Both the position numbers and the translations under genes were made by a program. Below, piece by piece: positions 30,642-41,309 of a stretch of DNA of 64,000 nt. The stretch comes from Marispirochaeta sp. (GTDB lineage Bacteria > Spirochaetota > Spirochaetia > JC444 > Marispirochaetaceae), in NCBI GenBank assembly GCA_963676835.2, contig CAXXFF010000001.1, forward strand, positions 640,001 to 704,000. The letters are read 5' to 3'. Position 1 is the first letter of the stretch. Every line of letters starts with the position of its first letter. The notes under the pieces were generated by a model. The model was not told where the DNA came from. It made no database searches and worked only from the letters and a program-made list of their open reading frames with translations.

Positions 30642-32306
30642 ATGAAGAAAACCTCCATATTCATCCTGCTGATACTAACTGCCGCCTTTACCGGTCTCTA
30701 CGGGCAGGTCAGCACCCTTGAAGAGTTTACGCCTCCGGAAGGAGACCGCCCGGGAAGAGTTACCGTGAACTTCCTTATTCCTCCCGGCCACTATCAGAGT
30801 CCGGATCCCGAATTCTTCGGTATCAGTATAAACCAGGATTCTCCCTATATTCTCGGATCAATAGCCTACTCCGATATGGATGTTGACGGCAAATACCGGG
30901 GCGAGACAAGCGTTACCGCGGAGCTTCTGCCGGGAGGATCCGGAAAAGGTGACTCTGCTGTCTCGGCATTCTACCAGCTGTGCCAGGATGACGGACTGTG
31001 TCTCATGCCAGAGACAGAAACTCTTATTCCCGAAGGCAGCACCGTTCAGAATCCGGTTAATCCGCCCCTGAACACAGGCTCACTGCTTGTCTATCTGATA
31101 TTCGCCCTTATAGGCGGGCTTCTTCTGAATGTAATGCCCTGTGTTCTGCCGGTACTCTCAATCAAAGCACTTAATCTGGTAAAACAGAGCGATGAAGAGA
31201 GAACAAATATCCGCAACCACGCCCTGGTCTTCGGCGCCGGGGTTGTCGGCAGCCTGCTCATTCTCGGGACCATTGTTGTTATCCTGAAAAATGCCGGAGA
31301 GGCTGTGGGTTGGGGATTTCAGTTCCAGAACCCTTACTACCTGTTCAGTCTGATAATGATTCTTCTCATCTTCGCCCTCTCTCTTTTCGATATGTGGACC
31401 CTCAATGTAAGCGCCGGAAGCCGGGTAACAGGACTCGTCTCCCGGGGAGGCTACCTGGGCTCCCTGGCGGGAGGTGTTTTTACGGTTCTTCTGGCAACTC
31501 CCTGTACTGCCCCCTTTCTGGGAACAGCATTGGGCTTTGCCTTCAGCCAGTCATCCCTGGTGATCCTGCTGATTTTTCTTTTTATCGGGATCGGACTGGC
31601 CCTACCCTTTACCCTGATCGGGTTTATTCCCTCCCTGGTGCGGCGTCTGCCCAAACCCGGTCCATGGATGAACACCTTTAAGGAGGCCATGGGACTGCTG
31701 CTGCTGGCTACAGCCGCCTGGCTCACCTCGGTGCTGATAAAACAGTTAGGGCAGCCCCGGACACTCTCTCTGCTTCTGAGCCTTACCGGAACAGTGGCGC
31801 TTATATGGATCTGGGGAAGATTCGGCCAGCGGGCAAAAACCCGCATAGTCCGCCGCATTACCGCCCTTATTGTCGCCGCGGCCCTGATTGCCATGGCAGT
31901 GGCCATTCCATCCGGAACTTCGGACACAGCAGCGGCAGAAACTGCTGCCCTGAAAGAGGGATGGCTAACCTTTTCACCCGAAGCTGTTGAAGCTGCCCGG
32001 AGCGAAGGGCGAACGGTGTTCATTCAGTTCACCGCCGACTGGTGTCTTACCTGCAAAACCAACGAGGCAACAGTCTTCTCCCGGCAGGAGGTGGACGAAC
32101 TGTTCGAACGCTTTGAGGTTGTCCGCTTTTACGGAGATTTCACCAAAGGCGATAAAACAATTCAGCAGTGGATAGAAAAGTTCGGCAAGGCCGGTGTTCC
32201 GGTTTATGCCCTCTACCCTCCGGGAAAAGCGACTCCTGTACTGCTGCCTGAACTTCTTACACCGGCTATTCTTGAAAATACTCTGGTTAATCAGCTGGCA
32301 TGGTAA
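30642..32306 (+). CDS. dsbD: DsbD-family thiol:disulfide interchange protein
   Basis: N-domain CQDDGLC, TM domain LNVMPCVLPV and LATPCTAPFLG, C-terminal thioredoxin FTADWCLTCK. Confidence 0.92.
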   Translation: MKKTSIFILLILTAAFTGLYGQVSTLEEFTPPEGDRPGRVTVNFLIPPGHYQSPDPEFFGISINQDSPYILGSIAYSDMDVDGKYRGETSVTAELLPGGSGKGDSAVSAFYQLCQDDGLCLMPETETLIPEGSTVQNPVNPPLNTGSLLVYLIFALIGGLLLNVMPCVLPVLSIKALNLVKQSDEERTNIRNHALVFGAGVVGSLLILGTIVVILKNAGEAVGWGFQFQNPYYLFSLIMILLIFALSLFDMWTLNVSAGSRVTGLVSRGGYLGSLAGGVFTVLLATPCTAPFLGTALGFAFSQSSLVILLIFLFIGIGLALPFTLIGFIPSLVRRLPKPGPWMNTFKEAMGLLLLATAAWLTSVLIKQLGQPRTLSLLLSLTGTVALIWIWGRFGQRAKTRIVRRITALIVAAALIAMAVAIPSGTSDTAAAETAALKEGWLTFSPEAVEAARSEGRTVFIQFTADWCLTCKTNEATVFSRQEVDELFERFEVVRFYGDFTKGDKTIQQWIEKFGKAGVPVYALYPPGKATPVLLPELLTPAILENTLVNQLAW

Positions 32307-32414
32307 GCTGCCTTTAAAAAGCAGCAAAACAAGCCTCTGAACAGCTTTCGTTGACTTCCCCCGGGTGTCGTGATACCGTGATTTTAATCACATCCGGCGG
32401 GAGGGCTCGAAGCA

Positions 32415-34307
32415 ATGAATCAGAGTGACACGTTGATTCGTCGTTTTAAAAAGACTGTTGATCTTCATGGTGAAAAACCCGCTGTTTACAGTAAAGACGA
32501 TGGAAAATCATTTCAGCCCTACACCTTCTCTCAACTTTTTGAGAAAGTATCTCTTGCGGCGGCAGGTCTGGCATCAAAGGGCATAAAAAAAGGTGACCAC
32601 CTTGGAATCCTCTCGGATAACCGGAAAGAATGGCTTATCTCCGACCTGGCATCTCTTACCCTGGGAGCAATCGATGTTCCCCGCGGGTCGGACAGCACCT
32701 CCGAAGAGTTTGCCTATATTCTTGCCCATGCAGACTGCACTGCAGCTTTTGTGGAGAACAAGGTACAGCTCGAGAAGGTAGCCTCCCGCATGGAGGCTCT
32801 CCCCCAACTGAAGTTGATAATCTCCTACGACGATCCGGGCAGCAGTGAAGTACCCGGTGTTGAAATTATCTCCTTTGAAGAACTCCTTGAGCTTGGCCGT
32901 GAAGCCGGAGGAGACGAAGCATTTTTCAATTCTTCAATTGAATCATCCTCAATCGACGATGTGGTTACCCTTATTTACACCTCCGGAACCACCGGAGAAC
33001 CGAAAGGCGTAATTCTTACCAACCGCTCCTATATTTTTCAGCTGGACCGGATCTACGATCCTATTCCCATAAAAACAGGGGAACGGTTTTTCAGCGTGCT
33101 TCCTTCCTGGCACTCCTATGAACGGGCCATCGAATATATAGTAATTACCCAGGGAGCCTCGATTATCTACTCAAAGCCCATCGGATCGATAATGCTTGCC
33201 GATATGGCTGCAACCAACCCTCACTGGATGACCTCGGTTCCGAGAATCTGGGAAGCCATTCGCGCTGCGGTCCTGAGAAATGTAAATCAGGGAAGCAACC
33301 TGAAGAAAAGCCTCTTTTATTTTTTCCTCACCGTCGGACAGTCTCACTACACCCTGTTAACCATGCTGAAGGGGCTTATGCCCCAGTTCTCAAAACGGTT
33401 TATATGGCTGGACCGTATTCTGGCCTTTCTCCCTTTTATACTTCTCACACCATTCAAGCTTTTGGGCAACCTGCTGGTTTTCGGCACCATTAAGAAGAAA
33501 CTCGGTAAAAACTTCCGGGCCGGCGTCTCCGGAGGCGGCGCGCTCCCCCCTCATGTGGACCGCTTTTTTCAGGCCGTCGGTATTCGTATCCTTGAAGGAT
33601 ACGGGTTAACCGAAACCGGGCCGGTGCTTTCTGTGCGTGATTTTAATGCTCCGGTACCTGGAACAATCGGACCGCTGCTTCCGGATATTGAATACCGGCT
33701 GATAAACAGCGAAGGAGCCCTTTCCCGCCCCGGCGAAAAAGGCGTCCTTTATGTAAAGAGCGAACAGATAATGCAGGGCTACTACAAGAGGCCTGAGGCG
33801 ACAGCAGATGTATTAAAAGACGGATGGCTCAACACCGGCGACCTTGCCATAATGACCAGAAACGAAGAGTTGAAGATAATCGGCAGAGAAAAAGAGACCA
33901 TAGTTCTTCTCGGCGGAGAGAACATTGAACCCGTCCCCATTGAGGACCAGCTCGGACGCTCTGATTTTATTGACCAGGTTATGGTTGTCGGACAGGATCA
34001 GAAATTCCTAGCTGCGTTGATTGTCCCCAACATGGAAGCAGTTGAAGCCGCGGCTCAAGCCAAAGGGCTTTCCTATGTAGATGCGAAAGAGCTTCTGCAG
34101 GATCCTGAAATTATCGAAGAAGTTCATAACAGCATTCAGTCTCTGGTAAATCCCCAGAACGGATTTAAACACTTTGAACGCATTTTCCGCTTTAAATTGC
34201 TGGACAATTCCTTTGAAGCGGGAAAAGAGCTGACCCAGACAATGAAGCTGCGCCGTTCGGTGATCGATGAACTGTACAAAAAGGAAATCCGGCAGCTTTT
34301 TGACTGA
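32415..34307 (+). CDS. Long-chain fatty acid-CoA ligase (AMP-forming)
   Basis: IYTSGTTGEPKGV, SGGG, EGYGLTET, GWLNTGD, GREKETIVLLGGENIEP. Confidence 0.92.
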   Translation: MNQSDTLIRRFKKTVDLHGEKPAVYSKDDGKSFQPYTFSQLFEKVSLAAAGLASKGIKKGDHLGILSDNRKEWLISDLASLTLGAIDVPRGSDSTSEEFAYILAHADCTAAFVENKVQLEKVASRMEALPQLKLIISYDDPGSSEVPGVEIISFEELLELGREAGGDEAFFNSSIESSSIDDVVTLIYTSGTTGEPKGVILTNRSYIFQLDRIYDPIPIKTGERFFSVLPSWHSYERAIEYIVITQGASIIYSKPIGSIMLADMAATNPHWMTSVPRIWEAIRAAVLRNVNQGSNLKKSLFYFFLTVGQSHYTLLTMLKGLMPQFSKRFIWLDRILAFLPFILLTPFKLLGNLLVFGTIKKKLGKNFRAGVSGGGALPPHVDRFFQAVGIRILEGYGLTETGPVLSVRDFNAPVPGTIGPLLPDIEYRLINSEGALSRPGEKGVLYVKSEQIMQGYYKRPEATADVLKDGWLNTGDLAIMTRNEELKIIGREKETIVLLGGENIEPVPIEDQLGRSDFIDQVMVVGQDQKFLAALIVPNMEAVEAAAQAKGLSYVDAKELLQDPEIIEEVHNSIQSLVNPQNGFKHFERIFRFKLLDNSFEAGKELTQTMKLRRSVIDELYKKEIRQLFD

Positions 34308-35442
34308 ATACACCATTTTCTCAAATGATTGTGAAGGCGAGTTCCTTCATCGCCCAAACCGTTTCAAGGCGCTTATCCAGTGCGGCGAAACTCCCATAGA
34401 AGCTCACTGTGCCAATCCCGGCCGTATGCGGGAACTTCTGGTTCCCGGACGAAGCTGCATCCTGGAATACCATGAGAATAGTGAGAGAACTGCACGAAAA
34501 ACCGCCTGGTCCCTGGCGGCAGTACGCTATAATAATCATGTCATTCCCCTGAACTCCGCCGGAGCCAACCGTATTGCAGAAACGCTTATTATTCCCCGCC
34601 TCTTTCCCGGAGCTGATTCGGTAAAAAGAGAGTTTACTCTGGGATCATCCCGCTTTGATTTTCTGATTACAGAAAAGGATTCGCAAACCCTGGTTGAGGT
34701 AAAGTCCTGCAGCCTGGTTGAATACAGAACTGCAATGTTTCCCGACGCCCCTACCCAGCGGGGCGCCCGTCATGTAACAGAGTTGAAGGAAATTGCCGAA
34801 GCCGGGGACTATAAAGCATGTGTGCTCTTTGTGGTGGTTAATCCCGATGCGGACCGTCTTGTCCCGGGAATTCACACAGATCCCGCCTTTGCTCAGGCGG
34901 TGATGGATGCCTCCCCGTTTGTAAATATTCGTGCAGCGACTGTACATTGCGACAGTAATGGTTCAGTCAGGGCGGTAAATACGGAGCTTCCGGTGGATAC
35001 CAGCCCCTGCACGGCAGCGGCAATGGACACCGGAGTATACCTGGTAAAAATGTTCCTTTCTCAAAAAATTGAGGTGAAAATCGGAGCCCTGGGGATGCGG
35101 GTATTTGAGTCCGGAACCTATGTATATGCGGGCAGTGCCAAAAAAAATCTGACATCCCGGCTTAACCGGCATCTGAGAAAGCGCAAGAAAAAGCACTGGC
35201 ACATCGATTATCTGAGGGAGTATGCGGATTCTGTGGAAGGATATGCCTTGAGAACCTTAAAAGATCTGGAGTGTGTTCTGGCCGGCGATCTGGCTGAAAT
35301 TGCCGAATACGGGGTTCCCGGTTTCGGCTGCTCCGACTGCAGCTGCACAAGCCACCTGTACAAAGTACCCGACCGGCACCCCGATGATCCGATGTCACTG
35401 GAGCAGCTTGTACTGCGCTACCGGCATAGAGAGACTCTTTAA
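34300..35442 (+). CDS. sfsA: SfsA nuclease fused to a DUF123/GIY-YIG-like domain
   Basis: SfsA motifs RPNRF, NPGRMREL, SRFDF, VEVKS, FPDAPTQRGARH. C-terminal GVYLV...YVYAGSA, RLNRH, HWHIDYL, GFGCSDCSCTSHL. Start is TTG 34300 or ATG 34267. Confidence 0.85.
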   Translation: MTEYTIFSNDCEGEFLHRPNRFKALIQCGETPIEAHCANPGRMRELLVPGRSCILEYHENSERTARKTAWSLAAVRYNNHVIPLNSAGANRIAETLIIPRLFPGADSVKREFTLGSSRFDFLITEKDSQTLVEVKSCSLVEYRTAMFPDAPTQRGARHVTELKEIAEAGDYKACVLFVVVNPDADRLVPGIHTDPAFAQAVMDASPFVNIRAATVHCDSNGSVRAVNTELPVDTSPCTAAAMDTGVYLVKMFLSQKIEVKIGALGMRVFESGTYVYAGSAKKNLTSRLNRHLRKRKKKHWHIDYLREYADSVEGYALRTLKDLECVLAGDLAEIAEYGVPGFGCSDCSCTSHLYKVPDRHPDDPMSLEQLVLRYRHRETL

Positions 35443-35474
35443 CAGCTTTCTTTTACACATACCTGCTTATGTAT

Positions 35475-35918
35475 CTACATGATCATGACAAGAAAGATAC
35501 CCATGGAAATAAGGATTCCGAAAAGAAGCACCAGAATGAAGTAGTAACTCCAGTTATGAAAGCCCTTGGGTTTGTCAAAGTGCTCTTCCGCAAAGAGTTC
35601 GTAATCCTTTTCCTGCCGGGGAGCTTTCATATATTTCGGAGGAGTATCGCTGCCTTTCGGGCTGCGCCCCTGGGAAGGAGCTGTAGAGGCCGGCTCTTTT
35701 CGACCCGGACTGCGGGGATCCGGTCCGGCAGGACCATCATCCTCGGAGGCGAGGTAACCGCATTTGGGACATCCCTGGAGGAACTCTCCGGGCATACCGG
35801 TATATTTACAGACGGGGCATTTTACTGCATCAAACTTTTTCCCGCAGTGAGGACACATGTTGGCATTAAACGGTACAGACCTGCCGCAGGATTCACAGAA
35901 AAAGCGGGCGCTCTTCAT
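35475..35918 (-). CDS. Double zinc-ribbon protein with C-terminal TM anchor
   Basis: Four CxxC pairs (CESC, CPHC, CPVC, CPKC), a Pro-rich linker and a C-terminal hydrophobic helix. Confidence 0.82.
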   Translation of the reverse strand: MKSARFFCESCGRSVPFNANMCPHCGKKFDAVKCPVCKYTGMPGEFLQGCPKCGYLASEDDGPAGPDPRSPGRKEPASTAPSQGRSPKGSDTPPKYMKAPRQEKDYELFAEEHFDKPKGFHNWSYYFILVLLFGILISMGIFLVMIM

Positions 35919-35952
35919 CGAATTCCTCTCCCAGTTTTATATACTTTATCAA

Positions 35953-36423
35953 TCAGACCTTCCTGTTGAAGGATTCTATCACAGAATCAGCAAAATGAAA
36001 GGCTTCGTCAAGAACCTCATCGGGTAAAATGCGGGATTCGCCCTGTTCACGGATTTCCATATCCCGGTAAAAGAGTCCATCTCCTTCGGGGAAAACCCGC
36101 TGCACCGGCTTTCCTGAGGTGTATTCAGTAATCTGTGCGGCATCAGCGGGAAGAAAGAGTATTTCATAGATAAGTTCTTTGCCGGTATATATCTGTATTT
36201 TTATTGGAACATCCGATCCCTGAGCCGACTCAAGAATTCCTTTGGCAGCATCTGTATCCCCGTCGAGGAGCCAGTAGAGCCAGGCGGGAAACAGGGAATC
36301 CTGCCCGGTATTTCCAATGATCTGAAACAGGAAGGCTGCCCTGTTCTCCCGGACAAGCTGTTTCAGCCAGAGAGACCAGGGGAACAAGGCTGTTCTGATA
36401 AGTGATGAATGCCTCTGGTTCAC
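35953..36423 (-). CDS. Hypothetical protein (156 aa)
   Basis: The start overlaps the upstream stop codon, suggesting translational coupling. No motif recognised. Confidence 0.6.
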   Translation of the reverse strand: MNQRHSSLIRTALFPWSLWLKQLVRENRAAFLFQIIGNTGQDSLFPAWLYWLLDGDTDAAKGILESAQGSDVPIKIQIYTGKELIYEILFLPADAAQITEYTSGKPVQRVFPEGDGLFYRDMEIREQGESRILPDEVLDEAFHFADSVIESFNRKV

Positions 36424-39400
36424 TTTCTTTGAATCGCCAGCATGGTCAGGTCGTCTTCCTGCTTATCTTCCTTCAGGTGGGTAAACCAGACATACTCGGG
36501 ATATTCATCATCCTCAATTCTGTTGCGGAAGAAACTGTAATATGCCTTAAAGTGTTTCTGCAGGAAAATGTCTATTTTTTTATCCACCTGAATCCGGTCT
36601 CGTTCGGTCGCATTAGGATCCGGAAAGAGGCGGAAGACCTTTTCAACCGCAATCAATACTGTAACCATATCTTCCGGGCTGCCTGAGAATTCAGAGAAAT
36701 CAAACTCAAGAGGCTCGCTAATTACCGTGTCGACCCGGCGTTTTAGTATATATTTTTTCCGTTGATAGGCTGTCTCAAGGATTTCACGTATCCGCTTGGG
36801 ATCAAACTCTTCAAAGGTCTCATCAACCTTAACCTCTTTGTAGCCCTTGCTGACAAACTCCTCTTCATCTCTGGACCTGATATCTTCAGGCAGATTCTTG
36901 TATTCCACTACATTGAAATTACTGTCCCTCAGAACATGCCGGCTCTCTTCCACACCGTCAGTGTATAAAAGGAGGGTATCACCGGATGTAAGAGTAAGCG
37001 AATCCTGCTCGTAAGTGATTGGGCCGAAAATAGCCGGATCCATACTTCCCGCAGCAGGGTTTTTCTGGGATAACTGAATCTCATGAACCTTGCCCTCTTT
37101 ACGTTCAAAAATATTCAGCAGGCTGTCTCCGGCATTACAGATGTAAAGCTTTCCCGTAGCCTCTTCCATGAGAATGATGATAAAAGCCGCAAACCGTCCT
37201 TTAAATTCCCGATCCACGAGGAGCTGGTTAATATTTCCTACCAGACTTGAAAGATTCAGATTAGGCTTCTTCCCGATAAGGCGGTTGAAATAACTGGTAA
37301 AAATGGTGGCTACCTCAACCATGATCAAAGCCGCAGTGACACCATGGCCGGAAACGTCACATTTTATTATTGCCCGGTAACCGTTCTGCAGATCGATATG
37401 ATCAAAATAGTCTCCGGAAAGTTCATCAGCACCCTCATAATAGCCATAAAGGTCAAGTCTCTGGTTAGAGAATGCCGCAGTTGGGAGTTTTCGTTCTCCA
37501 TATTCTTCCAGAGGCAGAAACTTCTTCTGTATCTCCTTACCAAGGGTAAGCTCTTTGGCTGATTCGGCAGCTTCAACCAGGCCATGGGTCATTTCGTTAA
37601 TTGTTTGTGCCAGACCATACAGCTCATCCCGGGTTTTTGTTTCAACCTCATGGCCCTTAAGCGCGGCCTTATCTTCGGTATCCCGGATAACCTCCACCCC
37701 CTGAATAAGCCTGCGTATAGGTACAATAATTATTGTGGCAAGAATAAGTGCTCCGACAACACCAATGGCTGCCGCAATCAGGGCTACAATGGCGGTAATG
37801 GTAATAAGAGTCCGCCGGGAAGCCAGAATCTGCTGAACAATCTCTTCTGTGGTAACTTTGAGACGTACGGTACCGCGATAGAAGTAGCCCGCCTCATTCT
37901 CATCAGTCTGCTGGCGGAAGCCAACAATGGGACGGTAGAAGGTATACTCCTCCACCCTGGGCCTAAAGGTTTCCACATCAAACACAGGGCTGCTGGCAAC
38001 AACGTTACCTGCCTCCCGGATCAGCGCCCGTCGGGAGCGGTTAAAGCGGACAACATCCTCATTCAGCTGCTGCAGACGGCGGCTGCGCTCTTCGTCGTTG
38101 TTAAAATCGGGAAAGCGGCTGCTGATAAACTCACGCTGGGAGGCATTTATGGGGATATTTCTGTTGAGCGACTCCAGAATAAGCTGTTCCTGCTGCATAT
38201 CACGGATATCGCTCTCAATAGCGCCCATCTCCTCACTGAGCATGGTGTCTACACTCTCGGCAAGCTCCGTTTCGGCCCCGGTAAGATCGTCCTTATATAC
38301 GGATCTCCCATAGAAAGGAGTTACAAGGACATCAAAACGATCGCGATAGGAAGAAAGCTCATCTGCATTTATAAGGGCAAAGGTCCGGGGAGCATCTTCC
38401 GCTGCATTTTTTGCCCGGTAATCGATACGAATCTCCCCGGTGAGGGAATCCAACAGACCTGCAGGATCAGAGGCGGCCCAGAGGGCATGCTTTTCGCCGT
38501 TGGGATCTGCCGCTGAACGTCCGGTAATGGTTACCCCGGTGGCATCACTCATGGCTTCAACCTGGGATACAAGAGAAAGAATTGTTTCCTGATCATTGGA
38601 ATCGATGGGTTCCTGGGCACCTACAGACAGGCTCTCCAGGAGCAGTGCCGCCCGGCTTGAGAGTCCCTCGGCAAGGGTCTTCTGTCTGCTTTCTATCATG
38701 TAGTAGCCGAGAGAGACGGCTACCATCATTACAACGATCAGTATCAGCAGTGTTATCAGCAGTACGAACTTAAGCCGCAGCCCCAGGCCTCTCTTTCTCA
38801 TATCTTTCATCCTCGATTTAAAATCTGTGCTGCTTATACTCCGTCCGGCAACAATGGCGGCTATGTCCCGGCGGATTACGGCGCCCTCAGCAATAACTCC
38901 CCGGATTTTAACTACCGTTACAAGCAGTGCAAGTGCAAGTCCCGCAAGAAGCATTATGGTAACCAGGCTGTTTATGGATATACTCAGCCTGTTTTCGGTA
39001 AAAATCCTGAATTTTGAGGGAGGCCGGTAGGTAAAATCACCGAACTTGACTACACCGGAGGGTTCAAAATAGATCTCCGATGGGGCCCACTTCAATCCGC
39101 GACGGGGGTGCTCAATACCCAGTCGGTAATTGCCTTCTTCAATATCCTGAACGGTGAAGTTGCTGATCAGCCTGTCGCTGTCGATATCGAAGAAGCCCTC
39201 CCCTGCGGGGAACCGGTAATCGTAGGGTTCCCTGCCGTCCATATCCAGTACAACAGCAGAAATAAGACCGCCGTCTAGGTATCCCCGGCCCTGAATGGTC
39301 AGCTGAGTGCTGCCGACTTCATCCCGGTCCGCCCGGACCCGGTCTATTATGGTAACCGGAATATACTTGTTAAGCCTGAATATGAAAGGCGTAGGGGCAC

Positions 39401-41300
39401 TCATGTTGCCCACTCCGTCCAGGGCGGAAGCGGAGATCATCCAGGTACCGTTATCCCTGTTATAGAACGAGACTTCGGGACTGCGGGTAATAATTCTTTC
39501 CGGAGGAGAAGGCACCCTGGTTCCTTCATAGGCGACCTCCCGGCCGGAGGAACTTAGCAGGGTAAAGGTATAGGAGTATCCGCTGGTATCCTCTTCAGGG
39601 GGAGCCAGCCAGTTGAGAGTCATGGTATTGGAGAGCATGTAACCCCGTTCATCCAGTTCGAACTCGGGGAACTGAGGCGGTGACGGCGGCGTTGTGTCCC
39701 GGACAATGGGCAGTACTCCCGGTTTTGACCAGTTTCCCGCATAGTCCTGGGCGATAATAATAAAATACCAGTTGCCGTCAACGGTGAGCTCTCTGGAAGT
39801 TGCCAGGGATTCATCCCGGAAGTGCTTTACCTCTTTTTCCGGTGTGTAGCCCGGAAGCCTTGAGAACATATAGCTGTAGCCGGCAATACCGGACGGATCC
39901 CGGGGCTCTGTCCAGGCTACCCTGAAGTTATCCAGAGATGCAGGCTGCCCGGCGGTGAAATTTCCTCCCCTCAAGGAAGGGACCGGAACACTTATATCCG
40001 GCCCCCGGACTACCAGGCGGCTGGAACTGATTTCATCGTTCCTGTAGGCATCACTCTCCCAGACAAGATATACACGGTTATCAAAAACTGAAGGCACCGC
40101 AAAGGCGGAACTGTTCTGCAGTGTATCTACCGTAAGGTAGTCGTATCCGGAGGTGCTGTCATAATACCAGTCCAGGCCAGCTCCGGGCAGGGTTCTCCCT
40201 TCAGCGAGGCGAACCTGCATGGCCTGCTCACCCCCTTCATACCAGCTGACAAAAAAACGTCCGTCCGCCTGAACAAAGCGGGGACTGATACTGTCCCTGT
40301 TGCTGTTAAGCCGGGAGACATTCAGAATATTTCCGCCTGTACCCAGTTCGGATAGATAGATATTGCGTACCCGGGACCGGCCGCTCCTCCGTTCCCAGGT
40401 GAGAAAAAGTCTGCTGCCGGTGGAATAGAGGGAGGGGCGCTGGTTATCGTAATATTCCCAGCCCGGCTCATTCCCCAGGCCGTAGGTCTCATTGAAGGAG
40501 GTCAGCAGTAAAGGTGTTGTCCAGCTTTCCCCCCTGTCGGAGGTGGATGTGAGATAAAGCTGATAGGTTGAGGGGGGATTACCGCCGGACCCGCCCATCT
40601 TGAAGGCCTGAAAAACCACATAATCGGTGCCGTTGAAGGATGCAAGGGTGGGAAGATAGGTTTCCCGGAGGTTTGTATTGTCCCGCACCAGGGGCTCAAA
40701 GGAGCTCCAGCTGCGGCCGTCAAGGGAAGAACTGTAAAAAATCCCCAGGTATCCGCCGCCGTTGTTCACCGCCCCGGCATCCCGGGAGACAAAGAGCATC
40801 AGCCCCCCGTCGGCGGCTGCATAGAGCCGTGGAGCAACCACCGCCTGCAGCGGCGTCGCTGCAGAACCGATCCTGAATGCTCTTCCGGCGGATGCGGAAA
40901 AGCGGTAAATACCGACGGTGTTCTGTCCTTCCGCAACGGCAATCAGCACGGATCCGTCGGGCTGTACCAGCAAAGATGAGATGGGCGTCTCCGCTCCGGT
41001 AAAAGGAAAGGGACCGAGGACATCCCGAAAGTTTTCCCACTCAATTCCGTCGCTGCTGAAAGAAATACTGATATACGCATTTCCCCGCTGTTCGCCGGAA
41101 AACTCATATCGGTGGCTGAGAACGGTCAGTCCTTCCGCAGACGAACCGAACTGGGGAAAGCGGGGATTGGCAAGATCGAGATTACGGGGAGTTTCCCAGT
41201 AGATACGTTCCTGGGCGTAAACGCCTGTTGCGGAGAAAACAGACAGGAGGCTCAGGAGCAGCAGGGTAATCAGCTTTTTGACCATTCTTTTTTCCAGCAT
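36420..41300 (-). CDS. Giant membrane receptor: BNR/propeller-like and FN3-like periplasmic region, HAMP, SpoIIE/PP2C phosphatase
   Basis: Signal peptide; Asp-box-like SSDGIEW, SSLDGRSW, STSDRGESWT; FN3-like AQDYAGNWS and ALDGVGNMS; TM helices; HAMP (PIRRL...DELYGLAQTINEM); PP2C motifs LSGDYFD, CDVSGHG, LYTDGVEE, EDDLT. Confidence 0.9.
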   Translation of the reverse strand: MLEKRMVKKLITLLLLSLLSVFSATGVYAQERIYWETPRNLDLANPRFPQFGSSAEGLTVLSHRYEFSGEQRGNAYISISFSSDGIEWENFRDVLGPFPFTGAETPISSLLVQPDGSVLIAVAEGQNTVGIYRFSASAGRAFRIGSAATPLQAVVAPRLYAAADGGLMLFVSRDAGAVNNGGGYLGIFYSSSLDGRSWSSFEPLVRDNTNLRETYLPTLASFNGTDYVVFQAFKMGGSGGNPPSTYQLYLTSTSDRGESWTTPLLLTSFNETYGLGNEPGWEYYDNQRPSLYSTGSRLFLTWERRSGRSRVRNIYLSELGTGGNILNVSRLNSNRDSISPRFVQADGRFFVSWYEGGEQAMQVRLAEGRTLPGAGLDWYYDSTSGYDYLTVDTLQNSSAFAVPSVFDNRVYLVWESDAYRNDEISSSRLVVRGPDISVPVPSLRGGNFTAGQPASLDNFRVAWTEPRDPSGIAGYSYMFSRLPGYTPEKEVKHFRDESLATSRELTVDGNWYFIIIAQDYAGNWSKPGVLPIVRDTTPPSPPQFPEFELDERGYMLSNTMTLNWLAPPEEDTSGYSYTFTLLSSSGREVAYEGTRVPSPPERIITRSPEVSFYNRDNGTWMISASALDGVGNMSAPTPFIFRLNKYIPVTIIDRVRADRDEVGSTQLTIQGRGYLDGGLISAVVLDMDGREPYDYRFPAGEGFFDIDSDRLISNFTVQDIEEGNYRLGIEHPRRGLKWAPSEIYFEPSGVVKFGDFTYRPPSKFRIFTENRLSISINSLVTIMLLAGLALALLVTVVKIRGVIAEGAVIRRDIAAIVAGRSISSTDFKSRMKDMRKRGLGLRLKFVLLITLLILIVVMMVAVSLGYYMIESRQKTLAEGLSSRAALLLESLSVGAQEPIDSNDQETILSLVSQVEAMSDATGVTITGRSAADPNGEKHALWAASDPAGLLDSLTGEIRIDYRAKNAAEDAPRTFALINADELSSYRDRFDVLVTPFYGRSVYKDDLTGAETELAESVDTMLSEEMGAIESDIRDMQQEQLILESLNRNIPINASQREFISSRFPDFNNDEERSRRLQQLNEDVVRFNRSRRALIREAGNVVASSPVFDVETFRPRVEEYTFYRPIVGFRQQTDENEAGYFYRGTVRLKVTTEEIVQQILASRRTLITITAIVALIAAAIGVVGALILATIIIVPIRRLIQGVEVIRDTEDKAALKGHEVETKTRDELYGLAQTINEMTHGLVEAAESAKELTLGKEIQKKFLPLEEYGERKLPTAAFSNQRLDLYGYYEGADELSGDYFDHIDLQNGYRAIIKCDVSGHGVTAALIMVEVATIFTSYFNRLIGKKPNLNLSSLVGNINQLLVDREFKGRFAAFIIILMEEATGKLYICNAGDSLLNIFERKEGKVHEIQLSQKNPAAGSMDPAIFGPITYEQDSLTLTSGDTLLLYTDGVEESRHVLRDSNFNVVEYKNLPEDIRSRDEEEFVSKGYKEVKVDETFEEFDPKRIREILETAYQRKKYILKRRVDTVISEPLEFDFSEFSGSPEDMVTVLIAVEKVFRLFPDPNATERDRIQVDKKIDIFLQKHFKAYYSFFRNRIEDDEYPEYVWFTHLKEDKQEDDLTMLAIQRK

Positions 41301-41309
41301 AACCTGAGC

